A stretch of DNA of 32,000 bases from positions 2,850,001-2,882,000 of the forward strand of contig NZ_CP042905.2 in the NCBI RefSeq assembly GCF_008000775.2, written 5' to 3'. Numbering within the stretch: position 1 is the stretch's first letter; the number at the start of each line of letters is the position of its first letter. A program made the position numbers and the translations under genes. The notes below the pieces were generated by a model. It worked only from the letters and a program-made list of their open reading frames with translations. It had not been told where the DNA came from and did no database searches. Origin of the DNA: Promethearchaeum syntrophicum. GTDB taxonomy: Archaea; Asgardarchaeota; Lokiarchaeia; Sigyniarchaeales; Promethearchaeaceae. Of this stretch, positions 8,397 to 18,558 are shown one piece after another.

Positions 8397-10775
8397 TTAA
8401 AAATCAGAGTGTTCGGTTCTTTTAATAATTTCTTCTTGTAGATCTGTTCCTAAATTTACAAAATAATCACTATAACCTGCAACTCTAACGATTAAATTGC
8501 GATATTGATCCGGATTACTTTGAGCAGCACGTAATGTTTCGGCAGAGACCACGTTGAATTGAATATGATGGCCATCCATTTTAAAGTAGGCTCTAATCAA
8601 ATGGGATAGTTTATCAATATTTGTGGTATCTTTTAAAAATTGAGGAGTGAATTTCTGATTTAGAAGAGTTCCACCTGTTCTCAAATGGTCAATTTTTGCA
8701 GCGGATTTTATCACTGCAGTTGGTCCATTAGTATCCATGCCTTGAACGGGACTTATTCCTTCAGAAAGAGGGGTTTGAGCTTTCCGACCATCAGGGGTAG
8801 CACCTACAACAGAACCAAAATAAATATGAACGGTCGTAGGGAGTAAATTGATCTTATGAGTCCCATTTCTAGTGTTTGGTCTACCATCAACGGCTTTAAA
8901 TACAATATCGAAAACCTTTGTTAGTAGATCATCTACATAATCATCATCATTTCCATATTTTGGAGTTTTCTTAGTTAAATTCTCATGTATCTGCTCATTT
9001 CCCTTAAAATTAGCTGATAGAAGATCCAACAATTTATCCCAAGAAAGAGATTTTTTATCATAAATATGATACTTAATGGAAGCAAGAGAATCGGTAATCG
9101 ATCCCATCCCTACAATTTGTATGTAACTTGTGTTATACTTTGCCCCACCATCATTATAATCCTTTCCTTTCAAAATGCAATCATCTATTATAATGGACAT
9201 AAACACTGCGGGTAAATTTTGGGCCCAAAGACGTTCAATCATTACATTACCTTTAATTTTTATATCAATGAAATAATTTACCTGTTTTTCAAAGGCTGCG
9301 AGAAATTCTTGAAAAGTGATAAAACTACGGGGATCTCCTGTTTCCAAACCAATTTTTTTTCCCGTTCGAGGATCAATCCCATTATTTAATGCAATTTCTA
9401 GAATTTTAACTAAATTAAAATATCCAGTGAGAATATATGCTTCTTTTCCAAAGGCTCCCACCTCAACACATCCACTTGCACCGCCGTTTCGAGCGTCAAT
9501 AATATTCTTTCCTTGTCTTGTCAATTCTTGAATAATTGCATCTGTGTTAAAAATGGAAGGTTGGCCAAACCCAGTTTTAATTATTTCTAAAGCGCGTTTT
9601 AAAAAGCGATCAGGTGTTTGTTTGCTTATTTGAACATTTGAACTTGGTTGGAGTATTCTCATCTCTTCAATAACATCTAGTAAAATGTATGAAAGCGGAT
9701 TAACAGCATTACTTCCATCTTCCTTTAATCCGCCGATATTTATATTACAGAAATCTGTGTATGTATTAGATTCAGCGGCAGTTACTCCCACTTTAGGCGG
9801 AGCAGGTTGATTATTAAATTTCACCCAGAATGCTTCTAGCAATTCTTTTGCTTGATCTTCATTTAATCGCCCTTCATCAAGATCTTTTTGATAAAAAGGA
9901 TATAGGTGCTGGTCTAGCCTTCCAGGATTGAATGAATCCCAAGTATTGAATTCCATTATTACCCCAAGATGAATAAACCAATAATGCTGTAGCGCTTCCC
10001 ACATTGTGCGGGGCGCATGGGCGGGAATGTAATCACACATTTCAACAATCTTTTGCAATTCCTTTTTTCGCATTTCAGATTTTTCGATTTCAGCTAATTG
10101 CTTAGCTTTTTCAGAGTGGCGTTTTGCATACAAAATAATTGCATCTACTGCAATATCCATAGCCTGTAACTCTTCCCGCTTATTGAATGCACCAGGATCA
10201 TTGTAAAAATCGAGATTGGAGATACTCTCTTGAATTTCTTGCTTAAATTCTAAAAATCCTTTAGTAAATATTTGTTTCCCTGCTACTGTATGACCCGGGG
10301 CACGTTGTTCCATGAACTCAGTAAAAATCCCCGCTTTATATGCATCAATCCAATTATTATCAACTTGGTCAAATATTTTTTCTCGAATAGATCTATTATT
10401 CCAAAAAGGGATTAAGACTTTTCGCGTGTATTCCTTATCCTCATCAGATACCTTAAATGAAATTTTATCGCGATTGTTCAAAATCTCTAAATCTTTTAAA
10501 CTATGACAGCATATTTCGGGATAAGTGGGAGTTGCTTTCGGTTCTGGTCCCCTTTCACCAACAATAAGTTCACCAGGATTTATACAAATTACCTTTTTTT
10601 CCAAGAAATATTTAAACGCTAGAGCTCGTGTTATTGGAACGGAATATCTCTGAGATGCATCAGTTTTATAGAATTCTGTCATTAATCTTGCGCGTTCTAA
10701 AGATAGATAAGGAGTTGCAGTTCTACTTTGAGTTCTTAGTGTTTTTATTCGTTCATTCATGAAATTACCCTCCAA
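8397..10775 (-). CDS. hypD: Glycyl-radical enzyme of the dehydratase type, most like trans-4-hydroxy-L-proline dehydratase (HypD)
   Basis: 792 aa. Active-site GGASGCVEVGAFGKEAYILTGYFN (single Cys followed by Val-Glu, GCVE), C-terminal glycyl-radical loop LIVRVAGYSDYFVNL, and HypD-like blocks TPTYPEICCHS, EFMEQRAPGHTV, WVKFNNQPAPPKVG. Confidence 0.8.
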   Translation of the reverse strand: MEGNFMNERIKTLRTQSRTATPYLSLERARLMTEFYKTDASQRYSVPITRALAFKYFLEKKVICINPGELIVGERGPEPKATPTYPEICCHSLKDLEILNNRDKISFKVSDEDKEYTRKVLIPFWNNRSIREKIFDQVDNNWIDAYKAGIFTEFMEQRAPGHTVAGKQIFTKGFLEFKQEIQESISNLDFYNDPGAFNKREELQAMDIAVDAIILYAKRHSEKAKQLAEIEKSEMRKKELQKIVEMCDYIPAHAPRTMWEALQHYWFIHLGVIMEFNTWDSFNPGRLDQHLYPFYQKDLDEGRLNEDQAKELLEAFWVKFNNQPAPPKVGVTAAESNTYTDFCNINIGGLKEDGSNAVNPLSYILLDVIEEMRILQPSSNVQISKQTPDRFLKRALEIIKTGFGQPSIFNTDAIIQELTRQGKNIIDARNGGASGCVEVGAFGKEAYILTGYFNLVKILEIALNNGIDPRTGKKIGLETGDPRSFITFQEFLAAFEKQVNYFIDIKIKGNVMIERLWAQNLPAVFMSIIIDDCILKGKDYNDGGAKYNTSYIQIVGMGSITDSLASIKYHIYDKKSLSWDKLLDLLSANFKGNEQIHENLTKKTPKYGNDDDYVDDLLTKVFDIVFKAVDGRPNTRNGTHKINLLPTTVHIYFGSVVGATPDGRKAQTPLSEGISPVQGMDTNGPTAVIKSAAKIDHLRTGGTLLNQKFTPQFLKDTTNIDKLSHLIRAYFKMDGHHIQFNVVSAETLRAAQSNPDQYRNLIVRVAGYSDYFVNLGTDLQEEIIKRTEHSDF

Positions 10776-11574
10776 TTTTTACAGGAATATTTATTGAGTC
10801 AAATTTTAATTTTATTTTTTCCATTTGTTCATGGGAAGGTTCATTAAAATCTTCCATGAGATAAGGCAAATTTAGTTTAATGTATTTATTTTTACCAATT
10901 TTGTGAAAAGGTAAAAGATCGATACCTTGAATATTTTTTAGATTTGAAATGAAGTAGCGTATTTTATTTAACTCATCGCTATCATCGTTTATCCCTGGAA
11001 TAATCGGAATCCTGATAATGATCTTACTTCCATTTTCAGACAGTTTTATTAAATTATTTAATATTTGCTGATTGGGAACTCCCGTAAATTTCTCATGTTT
11101 CTCGCTGTCATGAAATTTCAAATCGTATAGGAATAAATCGACATACTCTTTAATATTATTTATTATATCTTCTGTGGTATAACCAGAAGTATCTAAAACT
11201 GTATGGATCTTATTAATCCGACATAATTTTAATAAAGAGAGGAGAAATTCGGGTTGACTTAGGGGTTCTCCCCCAGAAAAAGTAACCCCACCCCCAGACT
11301 CATCATAAAATATTATATCCTTTTCAACTTCTTTAAAAACTTCTTTAACTGTCAGATTTTTCCCAATAATCTTGAAATTATCTCGTCCATTATCTTCGTT
11401 TTTCGGATTTATGAACTGCTCGAGTTTAAAATTCTGGCTTTCAGGATTATGACACCACCAGCATGTTAACGGGCAACCTTTGAAAAAAACTGTGGTTCTT
11501 ATACCCGGGCCATCATGAACTGCAAACTTCTTGATATCAAATATTATTCCCGAATTTCCAATCCGCAAATCCAT
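10765..11574 (-). CDS. Radical-SAM glycyl-radical enzyme activating enzyme
   Basis: FAVHDGPGIRTTVFFKGCPLTCWWCHNPESQ with CxxxCxxC, GGGVTFSGGEPLSQPEF, HTVLDTSGY. Overlaps the GRE start by 11 nt. Confidence 0.92.
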   Translation of the reverse strand: MDLRIGNSGIIFDIKKFAVHDGPGIRTTVFFKGCPLTCWWCHNPESQNFKLEQFINPKNEDNGRDNFKIIGKNLTVKEVFKEVEKDIIFYDESGGGVTFSGGEPLSQPEFLLSLLKLCRINKIHTVLDTSGYTTEDIINNIKEYVDLFLYDLKFHDSEKHEKFTGVPNQQILNNLIKLSENGSKIIIRIPIIPGINDDSDELNKIRYFISNLKNIQGIDLLPFHKIGKNKYIKLNLPYLMEDFNEPSHEQMEKIKLKFDSINIPVKIGG

Positions 11575-11691
11575 TACATCTCATAAATTATTTTAAAATA
11601 ATAAGTAATTCCATTATAAATTGAAAATTGGGGTTTTTAAGAATAAAGGGCAAAAAAAAAAGAATAGAAAAAAAAATTCTTTGTTCTACGT

Positions 11692-12120
11692 TTAAATATC
11701 TAAAACATCTCGGAATAGAGCCATAATATTCTGAAATTTCATACCATCAGAAATTGCTCCATCAAGCTTTAATTCCCCTTTCATGAAAGCTGTATTTGAA
11801 TCAACTGCACCGGAAACCATACCTGCGGCACATTTTGCATCACATGTAAATGCTAAATCCACTGGTTTTAAAGTACCATTCCCGGCAGTAAACTTTCCAC
11901 CTTCAATTTTAATCCACATATGCTCGCTTTCAGGTTTATCACTGATTACGAACGAATATGTCTTAGTTAAATCCTCAAACTCGTCCTGGAAGTCTTCATC
12001 ACTATTCGCAATACCAACAAGCAATTCCATGACTTCAGGGACTTCATCCCAGCTTAATTCTTCCGCTTCAAGTTTGGGAAGATATTTTTCTTTTAGTTCT
12101 TCGATACCCATAACAATCAA
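11692..12120 (-). CDS. SCP2 sterol-binding domain protein
   Basis: 'KIEGGKFTAGNGTLKPVDLAFTCDAKCAAGMVSGAVDSNTAFMKGELKLDGAISDGMKFQNIMALF' is a typical SCP2 C-terminal half. Confidence 0.85.
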   Translation of the reverse strand: MIVMGIEELKEKYLPKLEAEELSWDEVPEVMELLVGIANSDEDFQDEFEDLTKTYSFVISDKPESEHMWIKIEGGKFTAGNGTLKPVDLAFTCDAKCAAGMVSGAVDSNTAFMKGELKLDGAISDGMKFQNIMALFRDVLDI

Positions 12121-12286
12121 CTCACGTGTTGTTATTATCTTTTTTTGATTTAGAATATATAAACCTTTTTGAATGTTTTTTTAGAAATAAGTTAAACTAA
12201 TGCCAAAATCGCTTAACATTAAAAATCTAGAAGATATTTTAAAAATTGTAGTGATTTTATAAAAAGATCCTTAATAAAGGTTGAAT

Positions 12287-13189
12287 TTAAAATTTAATTT
12301 TATATTTCTTGACATATCTTATTGGATGATAATGTTCTTTTGCTTTCCTTAGATTAATTTTTCCCAAATCTTGCTCTCTGTTAATAAATTTAATTGAACT
12401 ATCTAATTTTTCATAGAATTGTTGTGCCACTGTTTGATATGCTCCATTAAACGCGGGATTTGCTTTTTCAACGTGAACTACAATCGTATCCTTATTTAAC
12501 AACTCAGCCAGAGTATATGCAACGATTTTTTCATCCACTTTAATCACCCCACCGTCAAATTTTAGATCTTTCCAATTTGAAAAAATTTCATGAATTCCGA
12601 GATTTTCTTCATTTAAATTTTCATCATCATAACATGCTCGAATCCCACACCATTCATCTTGCATATTTAAGATATTTTCAATTAAGGATTCGCTTAATTC
12701 CTCATATGACCACTGAAATTGTCTTTTGAAACGATTCAATTTTTTCCGAAAATTAGCGTAAGGTTTGCCCGGTAGAGTAATAAGATCATTTCTATCATAA
12801 ACATAATCCCAATTACCTCGTTCTTCGATGATTTCGTGTTGGATACCAGTTGATTTTAATAAATCCAAATCTTTTTCAGGAAAACGAACCATTTCTAAAT
12901 TTAATTTTAATTTTTTGGAAATATCTATTAAAAATTCTAGTGAAACTTTTAAAGCATCACCCAAAGGAGGGAAGACCGATAATATTTTAGGTGGTTTTAC
13001 CTTCGCGGATACGAGAATAAGTTGATTTTTATATTGTCTCCAACGAAATTGATAATGATTTCGCCACATGAAAAGATTTGTAAAGGTGAATTCTGATATA
13101 TCGGGTTGAAATCTCTTTAGATAGGAGTTAAAATTTATTCTGTCTTGCAACGAAATTGCCTTAAAATCGGGAAGTAGAATCGAATTCAT
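12287..13189 (-). CDS. DUF2156 / phosphatidylglycerol lysyltransferase C-terminal-domain-like protein
   Basis: 'FTNLFMWRNHYQFRWRQYKNQLILVSA...', 'YANFRKKLNRFKRQFQWSYEEL', 'NPAFNGAYQTVAQQFYEKLDSSIKFINREQDLGKINLRKAKEHYHPIRYVKKYKI' pattern. Confidence 0.8.
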   Translation of the reverse strand: MNSILLPDFKAISLQDRINFNSYLKRFQPDISEFTFTNLFMWRNHYQFRWRQYKNQLILVSAKVKPPKILSVFPPLGDALKVSLEFLIDISKKLKLNLEMVRFPEKDLDLLKSTGIQHEIIEERGNWDYVYDRNDLITLPGKPYANFRKKLNRFKRQFQWSYEELSESLIENILNMQDEWCGIRACYDDENLNEENLGIHEIFSNWKDLKFDGGVIKVDEKIVAYTLAELLNKDTIVVHVEKANPAFNGAYQTVAQQFYEKLDSSIKFINREQDLGKINLRKAKEHYHPIRYVKKYKIKF

Positions 13190-13307
13190 TATTATAATAA
13201 TGATGATTTAAAATCAAATAGTTTTCAATTATTATTTACAAGAATTTTAACTGAATTTACTTTAATTTTAAAGATTAAGTGAAATTTTTTTTGAATTTGA
13301 TTGACAT

Positions 13308-13547
13308 TTACCGATTGAAAAGGAGAACGGAAGTTATACCCACTACAGCCAGAGCGAGAATAGCACCCCAAGTTTTTATTATTCCTACTTTTCTCTCACG
13401 ATAGAAATCAACCTCACAATAAAAATGATGATGAATCCAGAAAGTGTGCTTTGAACAAATAGGAGAATGACAGCGATAACATGAAATATCTGTATTTTTC
13501 CCGCATTTAAAGCATTTTTGCATTTTGATCTGATTTTGATCAGCCAT
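13308..13547 (-). CDS. Small Cys/His zinc-binding protein with C-terminal transmembrane helix
   Basis: 79 aa: CFKCGKNTDISCYRCHSPICSKHTFWIHHHFYCEVDF, then GAILALAVVGITSVLLF. Confidence 0.75.
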   Translation of the reverse strand: MADQNQIKMQKCFKCGKNTDISCYRCHSPICSKHTFWIHHHFYCEVDFYRERKVGIIKTWGAILALAVVGITSVLLFNR

Positions 13548-13919
13548 ATCTGTTTAGATAAACTTTGGAAACAATTTTAATTTTATGATCTTTTTAATTT
13601 CATTATTCATTTAAAATTTAAATCATTAGAATACACCAATAAATTCAATAATTGCTCTTCGACTAAAACCAGATGAGCTTCACACAAAACTTTTTTTTAT
13701 TTAATTAAATTAAGATTTTTGAATTTCGATTTCAAATATATTAATGTTCCATGTATTTAAAGTTTTTTTTCTCGGTTCGTTGATTTCCGCTATTTAATTA
13801 CGTAAAACTTTAATTTAATGTTCAATATCATTATTATAGTTCTGATAATTCACCAAAATGTGTGATATATCCGAAAAAGCTTCAATAAGTTATCTTGTCG
13901 TAAACTTGAGGGATTTAAT

Positions 13920-14894
13920 ATGAATTTAATTATGAAAAAATGGTCCGATGTGGATTTAGATCAACTAACACACTTTCTTAGTCAGAATTGCCTTGAATTT
14001 GGTGATTCAAAGGAAAAAAAAGCCTTAGAAATCAAAAAAAAGTTACTTAAATATAAGAAAAAGCATTTGGATTCCAGAATTTTTCTCTGGTTCCAAGAAC
14101 AAGATTTACAAGGAGGAGTTTATCTCTATTGTGAGGAAGGAAGATATTTCTTCTTTAATCCAGGATTTGTCGGAGAATTTCCAATAATAAAGAAGTCTCT
14201 CGATTATTCCTCAGCCGTGAAGAAGTTATATTCCCAAGTTCTCAAATTTATCGCTGTGAACTTACCTGAAATCAAGTCAGTTCAAATGGATCTCTCCCCT
14301 AAGTTTGCAAAATTTGATCTAACCCGCGATCTACTAAAAATTTTGCATGAAGATGTCGGATTTTATAAACATTATTTCCGTTTGCTTCTACCCTTGAAAA
14401 ATTTGACCGTAAAACCCAAATCATATGCAGCTGATTATAAATTTTCTCATGTATCCAAAGATATAGAAGAAGAACTCTATAAATGTTATTACCAGGCACT
14501 TCTTCATAGTGATTTGGATTTCTTTAAAAATCAATCAGAAAACGAGAGAAAAACCTTTTTTCAAGAATTATTAGATCCAGAACAGATGAATTATAGCGCT
14601 TCCCCAATCATTCGACAGCAAAATAAAGTGATTGCGTTTGCTTTGATTTGGGATTATAATGAAGAACTGGAAAAGAATGCACATATCAATTTAATGTGTG
14701 TTCACCCTGATCATCAACACCAAGGAGTAGGAACACTTTTACTCAATAAAATTATCATACAAGCTCAACAACAAAAATATACGACGACAACTCTGTATAC
14801 AGAAAATAATCGAATCCCCTACAATTTCTATCGAAAGAATGGGTTTAAAGAGTCCCCAGGATACACAATTTTAATATGGAAGAATTCAGAGTAA
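13920..14894 (+). CDS. GNAT-family N-acetyltransferase
   Basis: C-terminal 'INLMCVHPDHQHQGVGTLLLNKIIIQAQQQKYTTTTLYTENNRIPYNFYRKNGFKE' contains the GNAT acetyl-CoA loop. Confidence 0.85.
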   Translation: MNLIMKKWSDVDLDQLTHFLSQNCLEFGDSKEKKALEIKKKLLKYKKKHLDSRIFLWFQEQDLQGGVYLYCEEGRYFFFNPGFVGEFPIIKKSLDYSSAVKKLYSQVLKFIAVNLPEIKSVQMDLSPKFAKFDLTRDLLKILHEDVGFYKHYFRLLLPLKNLTVKPKSYAADYKFSHVSKDIEEELYKCYYQALLHSDLDFFKNQSENERKTFFQELLDPEQMNYSASPIIRQQNKVIAFALIWDYNEELEKNAHINLMCVHPDHQHQGVGTLLLNKIIIQAQQQKYTTTTLYTENNRIPYNFYRKNGFKESPGYTILIWKNSE

Positions 14895-15244
14895 TAATTT
14901 TTTTACTTTTTTTGTTAAGTGAACTAAAGAGATCTGGGCAAATACGAGAGAAATCACAGAAATTTTCTCAGTAGGTTTTAAGTTTCATAGATAAAAAATT
15001 AGATATTAAAAATTCTTATTTTTTGCCCATTTTTGTGGGAGAAAATCTTATAATTTGAACTAATTTAAATAATAATTTTCAATTTTACCCCCGAAAAAGA
15101 ATGGATAAAGAATAAATGTGATTTTAATCTTTGCTTAATCAAACGCTAATATTTTGATTCCAAGAATTTTCTTGAAAATAAATATTTGTTTTAGTAAGAA
15201 CAGTAATAAACTCGTTGTAAAACGAAAATCGGAGTATATAAAAA

Positions 15245-17392
15245 ATGTTACTTGAAGTAATTTTAGAAGTATGGACTTTATGGTTTGTCCTCGCAGCTGC
15301 TATTGCAAGTTTTATTGTTGCGTTCATCTTAAAAAAAAGAGTAGATGTGGCAGATCCCGGCAATGAAGAAATGGTTAAAGTTCAAGGATATATCAGAGAC
15401 GGCGCAAGCACGTTTATAAAACGTCAATATATAACCTTAGCTTATTTCGTTGGAGGGTTAGCAATAATAATTGCACTAGTGTACTGGGGTAATATCAGGG
15501 TTCCATGGTATTTGATGGTGATTTCCTACCTCGCAGGATCAGGCGCTTCAGCTTGGGCAGGATGGTTAGGAATGAAAGTAGGTGTTGATGCTAATGCAAA
15601 AACAGCACAAGCATCCACTAAAGGACTCGCACCAGCGTTTAATGTTTCATTCTTTGCAGGTGCAGTTATGGGATTAATTGTGGTCGGAGCCGCCCTCGGT
15701 GGTGTCTGGCTATTATATTTCGTCTTTGGAGATCCATTGGTAATCTTAGGATTTTCTTTCGGTGCTTCTTCAATTGCACTGTTTGCTAAAGCGGGAGGAG
15801 GTATTTATACTAAAACCGCGGATGTTGCAGCTGATTTAGTCGGAAAAGTTGAATACTCATTGCCCGAAGATGATCCACGAAATCCAGCCTCAATCGCTGA
15901 TAATGTTGGAGATAATGTCGGAGATATTGCAGGGATGGGTGCAGATTTATTTGACTCATATGTGGCTTCCATATTAGGTGCAATGTTACTCGCATTTTCA
16001 TGGATAGGAGCAAGAGGTTATACTACTACTGATATCAATCTTATGACTTCTTTCCCACTAGTAATCAGTGCTGCTGGATTAATTGCATCGATTCTCGGTA
16101 TCTTCATTATCGGAAAAATGGGTAAATCTACACCAGGTAAAGCTCTAAACTTGGGGACTTATATTGCTACTCTTATTTTCATCGCAGTCGGAGCCTTATT
16201 TACGTTCTTCATGACTTTGACAGAAGGAGTTAGTGAAGATATTAAATCACAATTATGGAGAAATCTATGGGCCGGTGTATTCGGTGTCGCTAGTGGGCTT
16301 GTAATCGGTTTAACAACAGATTATTTCACCAATGATGAAAAACGACCAACTCAATTAACCGCTGAATCATCAGAACAAGGTCATGCTTTAAATATCTTAA
16401 CTGGCTTTTCATATGGCTTGCTAAGTGTTGCTCCTCCTATTATTGGAATTGTAATTGCAATGGGTGTTGCTTATTGGTTGGATGGATTAATCGGTGTTGC
16501 AAATGCTTCAACTGGAATGTTGGCAATTGTTGGAACTATCGTTTCTAATGATGCTTTTGGACCTATTGTTGATAATGCTCGTGGAATCGCAGAACAAGGC
16601 GGTCTATCCGAAAAAGAAATTGCACTGTGTGACAGGTTAGACTCAGCAGGAAATACAGCCAAAGCCATTACTAAAGGGTTCGCAATTGGTGCCGCCGCTT
16701 TAACAGTACTTGCTTTACTCTACGCATTTATGGAAGAAGCTAAACACAACCCAGATATCGCCCAAGCATTAAAAGATATGGAAACAATCAGTCTTGATTT
16801 AATGACACCAGCAGTTATGATTTCTGCCCTTCTTGGAACTGCAGTCCCGATGGTTTATTCAGCAGTCTTGATTATGGCAGTTGATAAAAACGCACAAGTC
16901 ATGGTTAAGGAAATTCGACGCCAATTTGAAGAAAATCCAGCCATCCTGAAGGGAACTGAACCCGCAGACTTTGAAAAATGCATTGATATCGCAACCAAAG
17001 GTTCTTTGAAAGAATTAATCGTTCCAATCTTGCTATCCGTCGTATCACCATTAGTTGTCGGAGTTCTGTTCGGTGTTCAAGGTTTAGGTGCTTTCCTCGC
17101 ATCAACTATCTTAATTGGATTTGTCTTTGCACTATTACTCTCCAACTCAGGGGGAATGTGGGATAACGCTAAAAAATACATAGAAGATGGACATCTTGGC
17201 GGAAAAGGAACATTTGCTCACGCTGCAGCCGTTACCGGCGACACAGTAGGAGATCCATTTAAAGATACAGCGGGTCCTTCAATCAACACTTTAATAACCG
17301 TGATGTCTTTAACAGCATCAATGTTCTTATCTCTGTTTATGTTGGATATTTTCAACAATGGACAGGGATTACTGATGAATCTATTTGTTTAA
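15245..17392 (+). CDS. hppA: Membrane-bound proton-translocating inorganic pyrophosphatase, K+-independent type
   Basis: 715 aa polytopic. KAGGGIYTKTADVAADLVGKVE, DNVGDNVGDIAGMGADLFDSY, GNTAKAITKGFAIG (Lys/Thr signature of the K+-independent class), DNAKKYIEDG, TGDTVGDPFKDTAGPSINTLI. Confidence 0.96.
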   Translation: MLLEVILEVWTLWFVLAAAIASFIVAFILKKRVDVADPGNEEMVKVQGYIRDGASTFIKRQYITLAYFVGGLAIIIALVYWGNIRVPWYLMVISYLAGSGASAWAGWLGMKVGVDANAKTAQASTKGLAPAFNVSFFAGAVMGLIVVGAALGGVWLLYFVFGDPLVILGFSFGASSIALFAKAGGGIYTKTADVAADLVGKVEYSLPEDDPRNPASIADNVGDNVGDIAGMGADLFDSYVASILGAMLLAFSWIGARGYTTTDINLMTSFPLVISAAGLIASILGIFIIGKMGKSTPGKALNLGTYIATLIFIAVGALFTFFMTLTEGVSEDIKSQLWRNLWAGVFGVASGLVIGLTTDYFTNDEKRPTQLTAESSEQGHALNILTGFSYGLLSVAPPIIGIVIAMGVAYWLDGLIGVANASTGMLAIVGTIVSNDAFGPIVDNARGIAEQGGLSEKEIALCDRLDSAGNTAKAITKGFAIGAAALTVLALLYAFMEEAKHNPDIAQALKDMETISLDLMTPAVMISALLGTAVPMVYSAVLIMAVDKNAQVMVKEIRRQFEENPAILKGTEPADFEKCIDIATKGSLKELIVPILLSVVSPLVVGVLFGVQGLGAFLASTILIGFVFALLLSNSGGMWDNAKKYIEDGHLGGKGTFAHAAAVTGDTVGDPFKDTAGPSINTLITVMSLTASMFLSLFMLDIFNNGQGLLMNLFV

Positions 17393-17440
17393 AAAATTTT
17401 TACCTGAACTAAGGTTTGGGTTTTTTATTACTTTTTTTTT
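17393..17440 (+). terminator. Probable T-rich terminator downstream of hppA
   Basis: Several T-tracts (aaaaaattttttacctgaactaaggtttgggttttttattacttttttttttt) immediately after the stop codon. Confidence 0.5.
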
Positions 17441-18076
17441 TTGATCTTCTTTTCAAGCTGATATATTCCCTTCTATTGAATGATCAAATATTCCCTTTTT
17501 AGACATTCTTCCTTCTGAGAACAAAATAAGTATTTTCGCCCACATTATAGATAAAAAATAAGAAGGAATAGAACTAATATAATAGTGGAAATGGATCACT
17601 TATCTTGGTTGTGCCATTCTATTGTGGTTTTGAGCAATCATGCTTTTATGTCGAAAACCCAATGCGGATCGATATCGAGAAAAACTTTGTCTTCCACAGC
17701 ATTCCCGTCAATTCATAGATTACTCGATATTTGTGAATATGTAAGGATTGTCCTTAATCGGAAAGACTTTTAACGTGCACTAAGCATCAATGCTACGCTA
17801 AGATTAATTTAATAAAAATTTGTCAAAAATCCTTCGGGATAGAACATGGACGGTGCAGGAATTTCCCAATTATTATTGTTTTAACCAAGAACTGTACTAG
17901 AAAACTAAGGATCAAAAAAAAAGGGTTTTAGTCTTTAATGGGGGTCAACGACCCCCAGGCTAAATTTTTTTTATTTTTTAGTTCAATATTCCAATCATGA
18001 CATATCTTGATCCATTTAGGGATACAGCCAGTCCAACTAAATAAAAACTACAAAAACCTTTTTTTTAGGATAGTAA

Positions 18077-18520
18077 TTATTCATACATCTTAAAATAATC
18101 TTCAAAAATAAAAAGTAGATAATCGGTTGGAGTTCCTTCTTTGGATTCTATTATTTCCGAGAACGCGCGAATAAAGACTCCTTTTAAATTTTCAATCGCG
18201 AGGGGGCGCTCATTTGGTGGTAAAAGGGTAAATTTTTGTATTGGAATTGAACTCAATTCATGATAAATTTTAAAGCAGTATATCAAGTATTTGCGTATTT
18301 CCTTATTGCTAAGGGGTAATTTAGGATCCAAAAAAGAAACCATTCGAGAAATCAAGACATTTTCAGTTAATCCAACAGAATAATTCTGTATTGTAGCCAT
18401 TTTTTCTTCAAAAATTTTCTTATTGATTTTAAATTGGGGGTGGTTGTATTTAACAGAAGTCTCTTTAGGGATTAAAATGTTTTTCTCACTAAACGATTCC
18501 TTTTCGTTTCGATTTCTCAC
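18077..18520 (-). CDS. Hypothetical protein
   Basis: 147-aa ORF with plausible composition; no recognised motif. Confidence 0.55.
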   Translation of the reverse strand: MRNRNEKESFSEKNILIPKETSVKYNHPQFKINKKIFEEKMATIQNYSVGLTENVLISRMVSFLDPKLPLSNKEIRKYLIYCFKIYHELSSIPIQKFTLLPPNERPLAIENLKGVFIRAFSEIIESKEGTPTDYLLFIFEDYFKMYE

Positions 18521-18558
18521 TTATGATACCCTCTTAAGTTTGGGTAAAAGATTTCATG

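Noticed and set aside
11783-12148. Plus-strand 121-aa ORF
   Set aside because: Antisense to the clear SCP2-domain gene; no independent support.
15139-16668. Minus-strand ORFs 15139-15363 and 16471-16668 and plus-frame ORF 15810-16013
   Set aside because: They overlap or lie within hppA, which is unambiguously coding.
17585-17773. 62-aa plus-strand ORF
   Set aside because: Short, isolated, no recognisable motif, no repeat or compositional support; likely chance ORF in the intergenic region.
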